A stretch of DNA of 64,000 nt. It comes from Polyangiales bacterium. Lineage in GTDB: Bacteria > Myxococcota_A > Polyangia > Polyangiales > Polyangiaceae. The notes below the pieces were generated by a model. The model saw only the letters and a list, made by a program, of their open reading frames with translations, ran no database searches and was not told the origin of the DNA. Where the stretch lies: positions 64,001 to 128,000 of the forward strand of contig JBBRLQ010000013.1 of NCBI GenBank assembly GCA_038231275.1, read 5' to 3'. Position 1 is the first letter of the stretch; every line of letters starts with the position of its first letter. Position numbers and translations under genes: made by a program. This document shows, in pieces, positions 1 to 8,638 of the stretch.

Positions 1-2
1 GC

Positions 3-362
3 CACTGCGGGTCGTTCGACTGCCACGGCAACACGGCGCGCGCCCTCCGCATCTACAGCCAGAACGGCCTGCGCCTCCCAAACGAAGGAGGCGTCCTCCC
101 CGGCGGCGCGGCGACCACCCCCGACGAGGTCTCCGCCAACTACCGATCCATCATCGCGGTCGAGCCCGAGCAGATGAACAGCGTCGTCAAGAGCAGCGGC
201 GACCCCTACTCGCTCCTCATCTTGAAGAAGCCGCTCCTGATCGAGACGCACAAGGGCGGCACCGTCATGATCAAGGGTGACGACACCGAAAAGTGCATCA
301 CCGGCTGGGTCAAAGGCACCGTCGACAAAAACGTCTGCACCGCCGCGGCGCAGCTTCCTTAG
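3..362 (+). CDS. 3' part of a putative c-type heme protein with a CX4CH motif (truncated by the window edge)
   Basis: The frame is open from base 3 (HCGSFDCHGNTARALRIYS...) and continues into ORF 174..362. It has a CGSFDCH motif and a later His (ETHKGG) as candidate distal ligand. Confidence 0.6.
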   Translation, partial: HCGSFDCHGNTARALRIYSQNGLRLPNEGGVLPGGAATTPDEVSANYRSIIAVEPEQMNSVVKSSGDPYSLLILKKPLLIETHKGGTVMIKGDDTEKCITGWVKGTVDKNVCTAAAQLP

Positions 363-390
363 TCCCCGAGCGAGGCTCGCGGACTAAGGA
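356..390. terminator. Hairpin overlapping the stop codon of the first CDS
   Basis: TCCTTAGTCC (356-365) pairs with GGACTAAGGA (381-390) around an inner CGAGC/GCTCG stem. No U-tract. Confidence 0.5.
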
Positions 391-396
391 GACCTA

Positions 397-625
397 CGTT
401 TGTGTGGGCCCTGCGGGCCCCTCCACGCCGAGGAACGGCGTGGAGCCCTCCCCGCACATCGCCTGCGGCGAATGTCGTGCGGGGCACGACGCGGGAGAAG
501 AGATTTCACGGCCTTCGCTACGTGTGGGTCCGCCGTCGCGCGGTGCGCGACTTCGCCCGAAGGGCGAGGCGGGGAGGGCTCCACGCCGTTCCTCGGCGTG
601 GAGGGGCCGCAGGCCCACACAAACG
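397..625. repeat. Nested palindromic intergenic element (REPIN/MITE-like), copy 1
   Basis: Arms 397-455 and 569-625 are reverse complements apart from two 1-nt indels. Each arm carries the hairpin CTCCACGCCG-N5-CGGCGTGGAG. It lies between convergent genes. Confidence 0.8.
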
Positions 626-644
626 AAGGCTGATTTGGCGAAGC

Positions 645-1511
645 CTAATCAGCCCCGGCGTCGGGTTGCTTGACGGCCTGGCAACGCCCCGCGTTCATGT
701 TGCTGATCGTGTCGCTCACGAACTGCGTGATGTTCGCCATCACCGTCGGGCTGAGCGCGAATCGCGGGTGACTGTTGGCGTTCACTTGCTGCGCCTCGGT
801 TCCCTTGTCCATCATGCGCCGCGAGTTCTGCAGCGAGTCGAACGCGCCCGACGCGTTGACCGAGCCGACCACGAGCCGCTGGATGTACGGGAACTGCGTG
901 AACTTGAGGAACGTCTCTTGTTTGTTCTGGCTCAGCCAGAGGCTCGCTTGCCCCTTGATGTGACAGGAGAGGCACTGCCCCTCGTTCTCGGTGTTCGTCT
1001 CGGCGATCTTGTCGAGTCCGAGCGCCTGCCACTCCGTGTAGTCCATGCAGGCGCCGAACGCCTTGAACGCAGCGCGCAGGTTCGCGGGCTTGCCGGTGTC
1101 GCCGGACAGCTTGCGCGCGGTGACCTCCATCTTGAGCCACTGCGTCACGAGATCGCCCTGATCGCTCGTGAGCGCAGGACCGCTGTGGAGGCCGTGCTGC
1201 ACGAGAGGGCTCGAGCTCGGATCGGCGATGAGGCCGGTCGTGCCCTCGAGCGCGTTGTAGCTCGCGTCGCCGCCGCTCGCGAGGAACACGGGGGCTCCGC
1301 GCTCGCCGGTCGCGTGGCACTTCGAGCACGTCGGCTCGATCGACGGATAGACCTTGTTGACGAAGAACGCGTGGGCCGCGGCCGTGTCGCCTCCGCCCGT
1401 GGTGCCGCTCGTGCCGCCGCCGCCGCCGGAGTCGGACGACGAGCCGCACGCGAGCATGCCGGCGGTGCCGAGCACCGCGACAATCGCAGCAACGTGAACT
1501 CGGGCCCTCAT
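645..1511 (-). CDS. Diheme c-type cytochrome-like lipoprotein
   Basis: Lipobox MLA-C after a hydrophobic signal; two CXXCH motifs (CSKCH, CLSCH); ATGA overlap with the upstream paralogue at 1508-1511. Confidence 0.75.
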   Translation of the reverse strand: MRARVHVAAIVAVLGTAGMLACGSSSDSGGGGGTSGTTGGGDTAAAHAFFVNKVYPSIEPTCSKCHATGERGAPVFLASGGDASYNALEGTTGLIADPSSSPLVQHGLHSGPALTSDQGDLVTQWLKMEVTARKLSGDTGKPANLRAAFKAFGACMDYTEWQALGLDKIAETNTENEGQCLSCHIKGQASLWLSQNKQETFLKFTQFPYIQRLVVGSVNASGAFDSLQNSRRMMDKGTEAQQVNANSHPRFALSPTVMANITQFVSDTISNMNAGRCQAVKQPDAGAD

Positions 1512-2404
1512 TTGCCACCTCCGTCCGCCGCGTCGGGCGGTCCGGCGTCTCTGGGTACGACGAACGGCTGCCCGCACGTCCCGCTCGCGACGTTCTGCAG
1601 CGTCGCGGTGACGAAGTTGTCGAGCGCGTTGGTCACGTTCGGCGGGAGGCCGAACGACGGATGGCAGTCGGTCTTCCCATCGGGGCACGGCTCGTCCGCC
1701 TTGTCGGCGAAGCGTCCGGCGGGCACGAGGGAGTCGAAGTTACCGTCCTTGTCGAGCTTGCCGACGACGAACTTCTGGATGAACGGGAACTGCTTCGCCT
1801 TCTCGAACGTCTCGCGCGAGCCTGCCGACAGCCACGCGCTGCCCTGCCCGATCGAGTGACAGCCCATGCAGGGCCCGTCGATGTCCGTCTGCGAGAACGG
1901 CAAGTCGCCCACTCGGAAATACTCCCACATGTCGAAATTCATGCAGTCTGCATACGATTTGTACGCCGCCTGGAGCGTCGGCGCCTTTTGCACGCTGCCG
2001 GACAGGCCGCGCGCGGTGGCTTCCATGTTGAGCCACTGCGTGAGCACCGTGCGCTGCTCCGGGGTCAACTGAATCGTCTGGTCGGTGTGACTGTGCTGAA
2101 CGAGCGGGCTCTTCGACGGTTCGGCGATGAGCCCGATCGTGTTCGTGATCAGCTGGTAGCTCTGCTCCCCGCTCGCCGCGAGGAAGACCGAGGCCGCTCC
2201 CCCGGCGCCGTGACAGTTCGCGCAGCCCCTAGAGACTTGCGGGAACACCTTCGAGATGAAGTAGTCACGCGCGCCGAGCTGCGCGTCCGCGTTGTCGGTC
2301 GCGGGGTCGGGAGTTGACGCCGTCTTCTTGCAGCCGGTGGCGCTGGCCGCCGCGGCTGCAAGAGACAACGAAGCGAGGAGAAGAGCTGCAGCCTTCGATC
2401 TCAT
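1508..2404 (-). CDS. Diheme c-type cytochrome-like lipoprotein (paralogue of 645..1511)
   Basis: Lipobox ATG-C; CANCH and CMGCH; colinear similarity with the neighbour (GLIAxPSxSPLVQH, QWLxMExTAR, ETFxKxxQFPxIQ). Confidence 0.75.
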   Translation of the reverse strand: MRSKAAALLLASLSLAAAAASATGCKKTASTPDPATDNADAQLGARDYFISKVFPQVSRGCANCHGAGGAASVFLAASGEQSYQLITNTIGLIAEPSKSPLVQHSHTDQTIQLTPEQRTVLTQWLNMEATARGLSGSVQKAPTLQAAYKSYADCMNFDMWEYFRVGDLPFSQTDIDGPCMGCHSIGQGSAWLSAGSRETFEKAKQFPFIQKFVVGKLDKDGNFDSLVPAGRFADKADEPCPDGKTDCHPSFGLPPNVTNALDNFVTATLQNVASGTCGQPFVVPRDAGPPDAADGGGK

Positions 2405-2446
2405 TGTGACCTCGGTGGAGGGACTCGCGGGAGAAGTGCCGTCGGT

Positions 2447-4207
2447 TCAGGCCTTCTTGGTGCGGCGACGAGCGCCAGCGATCACCAAGCCGACGAGCGC
2501 GAGCCCACCCAGCATCGTACCAGAATCCGTCTGCGTACCAGGCGTGCTGCACGCGCAACCGCTCGGGGAAGCCGGCGCACCATTGTTCTGGTTTCCGGTG
2601 TTGTCGGTGGTCGGGACCGGCGGCTGATCGACGGGCGCCGGGTTCTGCGGCGTAAGGACCTGATCGGCCTGGCCAGGGATGAACGAGAGGTACAAGGAGT
2701 TCTTGTAGTCGCCCGGAACACGCCCGCTCACCGCGGCGACGAAGAACGATTTGACGTCCTTCATGTAGCCACTGTCCTGGTGGTAGCCGGGGTTCGGCAC
2801 GTCGCCGATGCAGCGGAGGAAGTCACGGCCTTGGCGCATCGGGTTTTCGCCGTACCAGTTCGCGAGGTGGCCCGAGTCGCCGTACCAGCTGATCGGCCAC
2901 TTGTGCGCCTGATCGTTGTACGTGAACACCTTCGTCGGCGTGTCGTAGTTGACCATGACCATCTCCGCGCGGCCGATGCCGGTGGGAGGGGCGCTGATCA
3001 CGCCGACGTGCGCGGCGCCGTCGACACCGAAGGCGCCGGTGCAGATCGTCGAGTGCGTCTGGTGCGCGGCGACGCCGGTGACGTGGCCGTTGATGGTGAA
3101 CGCGTCGGCCGCGAGATCCATCGTGTAGAGGTGCGCGACGTTCGAACCCTTGAGGTTCGTGTTCTGCCCCATCGCGTTCGACTCGATGGTGCTGAGCGCG
3201 AAGCTCGTGTCGTTGATCTTCGCGACGGTCGGCTGACCCATGTAGTGCTTGGTGCCGTCCTTGTCCTCGTACGACGGCGCGATCAGCTGCTTCCAGCGGA
3301 CGTTGCCGGTGGTGGAGTCGAGGATGGCGCACTCGGTGCCGACTTCGACGGGGCGGTTGTTGCCCTTGCCGGCGCAGTAGAGCGAGCGCGTGGCGTCGAT
3401 CGCCTTGAGCGTCGGGCGGCCGATACGGGCCGGCGAAACGACCTGTTGGATCCAGTTGCGCTTCAGCGTGTAGTTGACGTCCACCTTCGTGAGCTGGATG
3501 CCGAAGCCGTACATGACCTCGGTCGCGTTGCCGGCGGTGCTGAGGTAGCCGCCCGACCACTGCCCGTTGCCGTTGTACGCGAGGTCCGGCGCGCCGTCGT
3601 TGTTGTCGATCTTGTCGGTCGGCACGTTGTTGTCGGTCGCAGTGACCGTGTTGCCGGCGGGGAGCTCGGTGATCGACTTCGCGTTCACCATGATCGGCGC
3701 CGCGACGACGTTGCACATGTGGTCGATCGCGCCGACGTACGTGTTCGGGCGGTTGCTGTTGTAGTCCGAGCCGTAGGCCCACATGATGACGTTGCCGTCG
3801 TTGGCGATGCGCGGGTGGTTGCAGAGGCGGTTGCCGCCGCCCTTGTAGTAAGAGAGCTGCTTCAGGTGAACGCGCTCGGCGGGCGCGCCGACGGCCTGGA
3901 GCTCGTAGCTCGAGCATGAGCACTGCCAGGGGCCGTAGCCGCTCTTCTCGTCCATCGACTGCATCGTGACGAGCACGACGAACTGCTTGCCGTCCTTCGT
4001 GATGGTCGTCACGTCGGTCTGCTCGAAGCCGGGGCCGCGGCGCTTCATCTCGCCGTCGAGGCGGCCCTCGTTTCCGGAGCCGGCCATGAGGACGACCGCC
4101 GAGCTGTTCACGGCGGTGCCCGGAGCAGTGTTCCCTGCAGTGGCATCTGCCGCCACGAGAGTGAGGAGCGAAGCCCCGACGAACCCAACGACGTGACGTG
4201 CTTTCAT
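2447..4207 (-). CDS. Secreted protein with MYXO-CTERM sorting tail
   Basis: Signal peptide MKARHVVGFVGASLLTLVAADATA; C-terminus SGCACST, hydrophobic helix, RRRTKKA. Confidence 0.8.
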   Translation of the reverse strand: MKARHVVGFVGASLLTLVAADATAGNTAPGTAVNSSAVVLMAGSGNEGRLDGEMKRRGPGFEQTDVTTITKDGKQFVVLVTMQSMDEKSGYGPWQCSCSSYELQAVGAPAERVHLKQLSYYKGGGNRLCNHPRIANDGNVIMWAYGSDYNSNRPNTYVGAIDHMCNVVAAPIMVNAKSITELPAGNTVTATDNNVPTDKIDNNDGAPDLAYNGNGQWSGGYLSTAGNATEVMYGFGIQLTKVDVNYTLKRNWIQQVVSPARIGRPTLKAIDATRSLYCAGKGNNRPVEVGTECAILDSTTGNVRWKQLIAPSYEDKDGTKHYMGQPTVAKINDTSFALSTIESNAMGQNTNLKGSNVAHLYTMDLAADAFTINGHVTGVAAHQTHSTICTGAFGVDGAAHVGVISAPPTGIGRAEMVMVNYDTPTKVFTYNDQAHKWPISWYGDSGHLANWYGENPMRQGRDFLRCIGDVPNPGYHQDSGYMKDVKSFFVAAVSGRVPGDYKNSLYLSFIPGQADQVLTPQNPAPVDQPPVPTTDNTGNQNNGAPASPSGCACSTPGTQTDSGTMLGGLALVGLVIAGARRRTKKA

Positions 4208-4238
4208 GGTAGCCCTCTTTGATCTCTGGTTTTCGGGT

Positions 4239-5288
4239 CTAGAGTTCGTCGTCATCGCCGCCACCACCACCACCCTGGCCGCCGCCGGAGTTGTTGGAGT
4301 TGGAGTCGGCGTTGACATCATTTTTCGGCAGCACGATGGTGCGTGCGGGAGGCGTGTTCTTTACGAAGATCTGAAGCGCGGACACCTTGGCCGCCTTGGA
4401 GTCTCCGGCCGGCATCGCGATCTGGCCGTGGTTGTGGCGCGGGAGCGAGAAGGCAAGCTTGTCCGCGCCGCCCGCCTTGCCGTCGACGCGCAGGATGACC
4501 TCGTCGTCGCGCACGAAGTCCATGGCTTTCGCCTGCTTCGCGTCGACGCCGATCGAGGTCAAGTAGCCGGGGAGCGAGAAGCGGGGGTTCTCGACGCTCG
4601 AGTCGACGAGGAGGCCGTTCGGGAGCTCCTTGCGCTTCACCGTCGCGGCGAGCTTGCCGTCGACGTAGACGCGCGTGCCCTTGCTGATCTCGGCCGGAGC
4701 GTACGGGATGCCGACGATCGGCTTGCCGTCCGCGAAGGCGAGGTCGCCGTTCTGGAGGGTCGGCGCCTCTTTGTCCACGTAGACGGTGATCGCGCTGATC
4801 ATGTCGACCGTGGTGTCGGCCTTGAGGTCCGTGACCGCGAACATGATGCGGGGCTTGCCACCCTCGGCGCCGCGCGAGAACGAGAAGTGGACGCCGTCCT
4901 GCACGCGGCGGAACTCGGTCCCGTCGAGCGTGACGACGCGCGTTCCGCCGTAGACGTGGAGAGCCTTCACCTTGGCGACGTCGACGCCGAGAGCGCGAAC
5001 GTACTCGCCCAGGTAGTAGTTGGGGGAGCCGCCGGTCATCGAGTCGTGCATCTTCAAGCCGGCGGGGAGCTCGGTCGAGCGGATGGCCGCGAGGGGCGTG
5101 CCGTCGACGTAGATCATCGCCTCCTTGAGGCGGGGCTTCTTCGGCGCGAGGACTTCTTGCGTCGGCATCGGCGCGACGGCCGCCGTCTTGGCGCTCCCCT
5201 GCGAGGAAGGCGCCTTCTTGCACGCCGTGACCAGCACCGAAGCGCTGGCGGCGAGCAGGACGACGCAGGTGCAGGCGATGAAACGCAT
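4239..5288 (-). CDS. Lipoprotein with two internally repeated domains
   Basis: Lipobox VTA-C; repeat 1 IYVDG..ELP..LGEYVRALGVD and repeat 2 VYVDG..ELP..LPGYLTSIGVD. Confidence 0.7.
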   Translation of the reverse strand: MRFIACTCVVLLAASASVLVTACKKAPSSQGSAKTAAVAPMPTQEVLAPKKPRLKEAMIYVDGTPLAAIRSTELPAGLKMHDSMTGGSPNYYLGEYVRALGVDVAKVKALHVYGGTRVVTLDGTEFRRVQDGVHFSFSRGAEGGKPRIMFAVTDLKADTTVDMISAITVYVDKEAPTLQNGDLAFADGKPIVGIPYAPAEISKGTRVYVDGKLAATVKRKELPNGLLVDSSVENPRFSLPGYLTSIGVDAKQAKAMDFVRDDEVILRVDGKAGGADKLAFSLPRHNHGQIAMPAGDSKAAKVSALQIFVKNTPPARTIVLPKNDVNADSNSNNSGGGQGGGGGGDDDEL

Positions 5289-5524
5289 CGGACGACCTGA
5301 CTGCATGGCGTGTGCCGCCGCGTATTCCCGCGGAATCTGCGAAATTCGTTCGTTACAGCGATGCAACACGATGTGACCTGGGGGTTACCGCCCAACAGAG
5401 TGGGGGGCTTCCACCCCGACCCCAGGCAACTCCTTGCCTCCTCCTCTTGAGGGTCTGCGCATCGCCGCGAAGAAAGGTCGATCTTTTGCGATCCTGGGTC
5501 TGCTCGACGAGGCATCGGGGCGAT

Positions 5525-5540
5525 GGGCCGGCATCTTGCA
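5525..5540 (+). promoter_or_regulatory. Possible sigma-54 (-24/-12) promoter of the globin gene
   Basis: GGGCCGGCATCTTGCA has GG-N10-GC spacing with TTGCA, about 67 nt before the ATG at 5607. Confidence 0.35.
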
Positions 5541-5606
5541 CAACGGGACGTCGTCGCGGTGCACGGGCTGCGTGTTGGGCTCGCAGTCAAAAGGAGAGGT
5601 CGGAAG

Positions 5607-6329
5607 ATGACTACAAGGCGCGCGGGTTGGGCCATCGTGTTTGGAGCGGCCGTTGCGGCCACGGGCCTCATGCTCGCCTGCAGCTCGAACGACGAGACCG
5701 TCGCCGGCAAGGTGAACCCCGCGGGTCCGGGCAGCGATCAAGACGCAACGACCGGCGACGCCGCGCTTCAACCCGACACGCTCCTCCCGCCCGGCGCGCC
5801 TCTCTGCACGAAGTATCCGAACGGCCCCGCACTGGTCACGAAGATCACCGCGGACCTGCTCGACTCGCTCAACGCCGACTGCCGCGTTTCGGCCTATTTT
5901 ACCGCGCCCAAGAGCGGCGCCGCGCACCTGTCGCAGTGCCTCCAGAGCCAGATCTCGACCTTCTTCCAGTGCCCGGGCGCGACGTACAGCGTCGACCAGG
6001 CCGGCAAGACGTGCCGCACCATGGGAGACGCGCACAAGGGAATGAACCTTCGCTCGGCGGACTTCGACGCGTTCATTACGAACCTCGTCGCGGTGCTGAA
6101 GAAGAACGGGATCTCGAGCGACGACATCACCGCGGTGCTGCCGACGTTCACCGGCACCAAGGTCGCGATCGTCCCGAACCCCAAGGAGCTCGGAAACTCG
6201 ATGTGCTCCTGCCCGAACGACGTCACGCCAGACGGCGGATACTGCGGGCTCGACGCCGGAATCGACGCGGGAGACGCGGGAGACGGCGGTGACTCCGGCG
6301 CCATCGACGCCTCGGATGACGGCGGCTGA
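5607..6329 (+). CDS. Group I truncated-hemoglobin-like lipoprotein
   Basis: Purine-rich RBS-like AGGAGAGG; lipobox MLA-C; D.RV..YF (CD1 Phe) and TMGDAHKGMNLRSADFDAFITNLVAVLKKNG match the 2/2 globin F-G helix signature with a proximal His. Confidence 0.75.
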   Translation: MTTRRAGWAIVFGAAVAATGLMLACSSNDETVAGKVNPAGPGSDQDATTGDAALQPDTLLPPGAPLCTKYPNGPALVTKITADLLDSLNADCRVSAYFTAPKSGAAHLSQCLQSQISTFFQCPGATYSVDQAGKTCRTMGDAHKGMNLRSADFDAFITNLVAVLKKNGISSDDITAVLPTFTGTKVAIVPNPKELGNSMCSCPNDVTPDGGYCGLDAGIDAGDAGDGGDSGAIDASDDGG

Positions 6330-6348
6330 TCCCACCGCGGGAGACGCG

Positions 6349-7050
6349 ATGACGAAGCCTGCGAGCCGCGCGGTCCGCGTCGCGAAGCGGGCCGCGATCG
6401 CGGCGTGTGCGATCGTCGCAGTGACGGGATTGCTCCATACGCGCGCCGCGCGCCCGCTCCTCGCGCGGCTCTCCGGGGGAGGTGCGGCCGGGTGCCCGGT
6501 GCTCGTGGGCGCTTCCCCCCAGGCCCTCGAGGAGCATCGCGCGGCGGCGGTGAAGCCACTGGCGGCGGGCGAGCGCGCACCGACTCGCGCGGCGCTCGCC
6601 TTCACGCTGACCACCACGACGCGTGCGGATGTGGGGGCATGGACGGCGAGCCATGCGCTCGAGTGCAAAGACGACGTCGCGGGGACCGCGCTGCGCTGCA
6701 AGGACGTGGATCCGAAGACGCTCGACGATGGCCAAGTCCCCATCGATGACCTGTTTTTCCTGTTCGATCCGGCAGGGAAGCTCGTCGCCGTGGACGTGAT
6801 GCATCGCGGGGCGAGCGCCGACGAGGCCTCGCGGCTCCTGGACGACGCGTCGTCGCGGCTCCAGCGCGTCTTGAATTCGCCGCCGACGTCCACGAGCGGC
6901 GACCGCACCAGCACCTACCTCACCTCTGCCCCCCTGGCGCAGAGCGCGATCGAGTACCGGTTCCGCGATCTCGCGGTCGACGTCAACGCGACCAACTTCG
7001 GCGAGCGCGGGATCATCGTGCGCGAGCAGTACCGCGCCATCCCGGACTGA
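6349..7050 (+). CDS. Hypothetical exported/membrane-anchored protein
   Basis: Starts 20 nt after the globin stop; N-terminal hydrophobic segment; normal codon usage. Confidence 0.65.
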   Translation: MTKPASRAVRVAKRAAIAACAIVAVTGLLHTRAARPLLARLSGGGAAGCPVLVGASPQALEEHRAAAVKPLAAGERAPTRAALAFTLTTTTRADVGAWTASHALECKDDVAGTALRCKDVDPKTLDDGQVPIDDLFFLFDPAGKLVAVDVMHRGASADEASRLLDDASSRLQRVLNSPPTSTSGDRTSTYLTSAPLAQSAIEYRFRDLAVDVNATNFGERGIIVREQYRAIPD

Positions 7051-7195
7051 CCGCGCAGCCCGACGCTCGAGCCGACGCAGGCGACGCCCCCCAGGGCGCG
7101 GCAACGAGCCCCCAAACCACGGGTGGGACGGCGTCGTAGAGGGGCCCACGAATCGAGTTTTCCCGGGCAAAGGGTGGCAAGAAATTGCCCGCGCG

Positions 7196-7211
7196 TGGCG
7201 TGCCGCGTGCA
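7196..7211 (+). promoter_or_regulatory. Possible sigma-54 promoter
   Basis: TGGCGTGCCGCGTGCA (GG-N10-GC), followed by GGAGG and a GTG at 7239. Confidence 0.45.
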
Positions 7212-7238
7212 ATGCTTCTTCTCGGAGGTTCTCTGCCC

Positions 7239-8606
7239 GTGAAGAAGCCCGATACTGGTAACGGCGTCATCGTGATGAAGAAGCTCACCACGCGAGGCCT
7301 GCAGGCGCTCGCCGGCGGCCCGAGCCGTCTACGGAGCTCGAAGCCGTCACCGTTCGGAGCGCAGCCTTCGAAGAGCGCGCAGAGCCCCGAGGTCGAGAAG
7401 ATGCGTCCGCCGGTCGACTCGCTCAACGAGGTGACCCTTCCGCGTGAGACGGCGGTGAAGCCGATCGCGCTCGCGAGCGACGAGGAGATCGATCACGCGA
7501 CGCTTCTCGTCGAGCAGGCGCAGCCGAAGCTTCGCGACGAGGACATCGAGACGTTGATGCAGTCGAACCCGCTCTCGTCGCCGCGCCCGGCCGCCGGTCT
7601 TGCGGCGCGTGAGGACGAACGCGTCGAGCGCGTCGAGCGGACCGCGCTCCTCGTGGCGCCTCCCCCGTCGGCGGCGATGCCGTCGCCGCTTGGTGAGCCG
7701 GAGCCGCCGAAGCCGCAGATGACGCTCCGTACGCCGCCGACCCTCATCCACGCGCAGAACGCGATCCCTGACGAGATCCGGCAGCTCGCGATCAAGGCAC
7801 TCGCCGATCAGAAGGCCGCCGCGGCGGCTCCTCCGCCACCCGCCGCTCCCTTGTCCCAGCCGATGCAAGCCAAGACGGCCGTGACGCCGGTGCCGCAAAA
7901 ACCGCAGCCGGGAGCGCCTGCGCTCGTGAAGGGCGGCGGCAAAGTGCAGATCGTGGTGCGCGAGACGAAGCGCCGCACAGCGGTCGGGTGGACGGCAATG
8001 CTGCTCGCGCTCGGCGTGTTCGTCGGCTTGTCGACGGTCGCCGTGATCCACGGCGACGCGAGGCACGCGTGGGACGCGGCGAAGAACTATGCGTCGCCGA
8101 AGCCGGCCGAGCCGGTCATCGCGGCAGCGCCTGCGGTTCAAGCGCCGGGGATGGATCCCGTCGCCGTCGCGCCCGCTCCCGTTCCTCCGCCCATTGCCGC
8201 TCCGGCGCCCGCCGCCGATCCGATCGCCGCGAACACCGACCTGAAGGTCGCCGACAACAAGCCGAGCGACGTGAAGGACGACGCAAAGGCGTCGCCGAAG
8301 CCCGAGCCGAAGCCCGAGGTCACGAAACCCGATCCCGCGCCTCGCCCGCAGCAGAGGCCGTCGAACGCCTACGCGAGCGCGCCGTCGCGCTTCGCGGCCG
8401 CAAAGCCGGAGCCCAAGCCCGAGCCGATGTTCGTCGCCGCGAAGCCCGAGCCGAAGCCGAAGCCCGAGCCCGTCGCCGCCGCGATCAAGCCGAAGCCCGA
8501 GAAAGATCCGGCGCCGGCCCCGACGCCCGCTGCGAAGCCCAAGGACGACGACGTCGCGAAGATCTCCCAAATGGCGCAGCAGCAACTCGGCGCCGCTTTG
8601 CCCTAG
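7239..8606 (+). CDS. Pro/Ala/Lys-rich single-pass membrane protein
   Basis: One TM helix (WTAMLLALGVFVGLSTVAVI) and KPEP repeats; start placed at the GTG after GGAGG. Confidence 0.7.
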   Translation: MKKPDTGNGVIVMKKLTTRGLQALAGGPSRLRSSKPSPFGAQPSKSAQSPEVEKMRPPVDSLNEVTLPRETAVKPIALASDEEIDHATLLVEQAQPKLRDEDIETLMQSNPLSSPRPAAGLAAREDERVERVERTALLVAPPPSAAMPSPLGEPEPPKPQMTLRTPPTLIHAQNAIPDEIRQLAIKALADQKAAAAAPPPPAAPLSQPMQAKTAVTPVPQKPQPGAPALVKGGGKVQIVVRETKRRTAVGWTAMLLALGVFVGLSTVAVIHGDARHAWDAAKNYASPKPAEPVIAAAPAVQAPGMDPVAVAPAPVPPPIAAPAPAADPIAANTDLKVADNKPSDVKDDAKASPKPEPKPEVTKPDPAPRPQQRPSNAYASAPSRFAAAKPEPKPEPMFVAAKPEPKPKPEPVAAAIKPKPEKDPAPAPTPAAKPKDDDVAKISQMAQQQLGAALP

Positions 8607-8638
8607 GCGCTGCGCGCCTTCGGGAAAAGCATCTTTGA

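Noticed and set aside
293..673. Several short ORFs over the first intergenic region
   Set aside because: They are by-products of the palindromic element; the same peptide appears on both strands.
7175..7188. TGGCAAGAAATTGC as a sigma-54 promoter
   Set aside because: GG-GC spacing is 9 rather than 10 nt; the motif at 7196 fits better.
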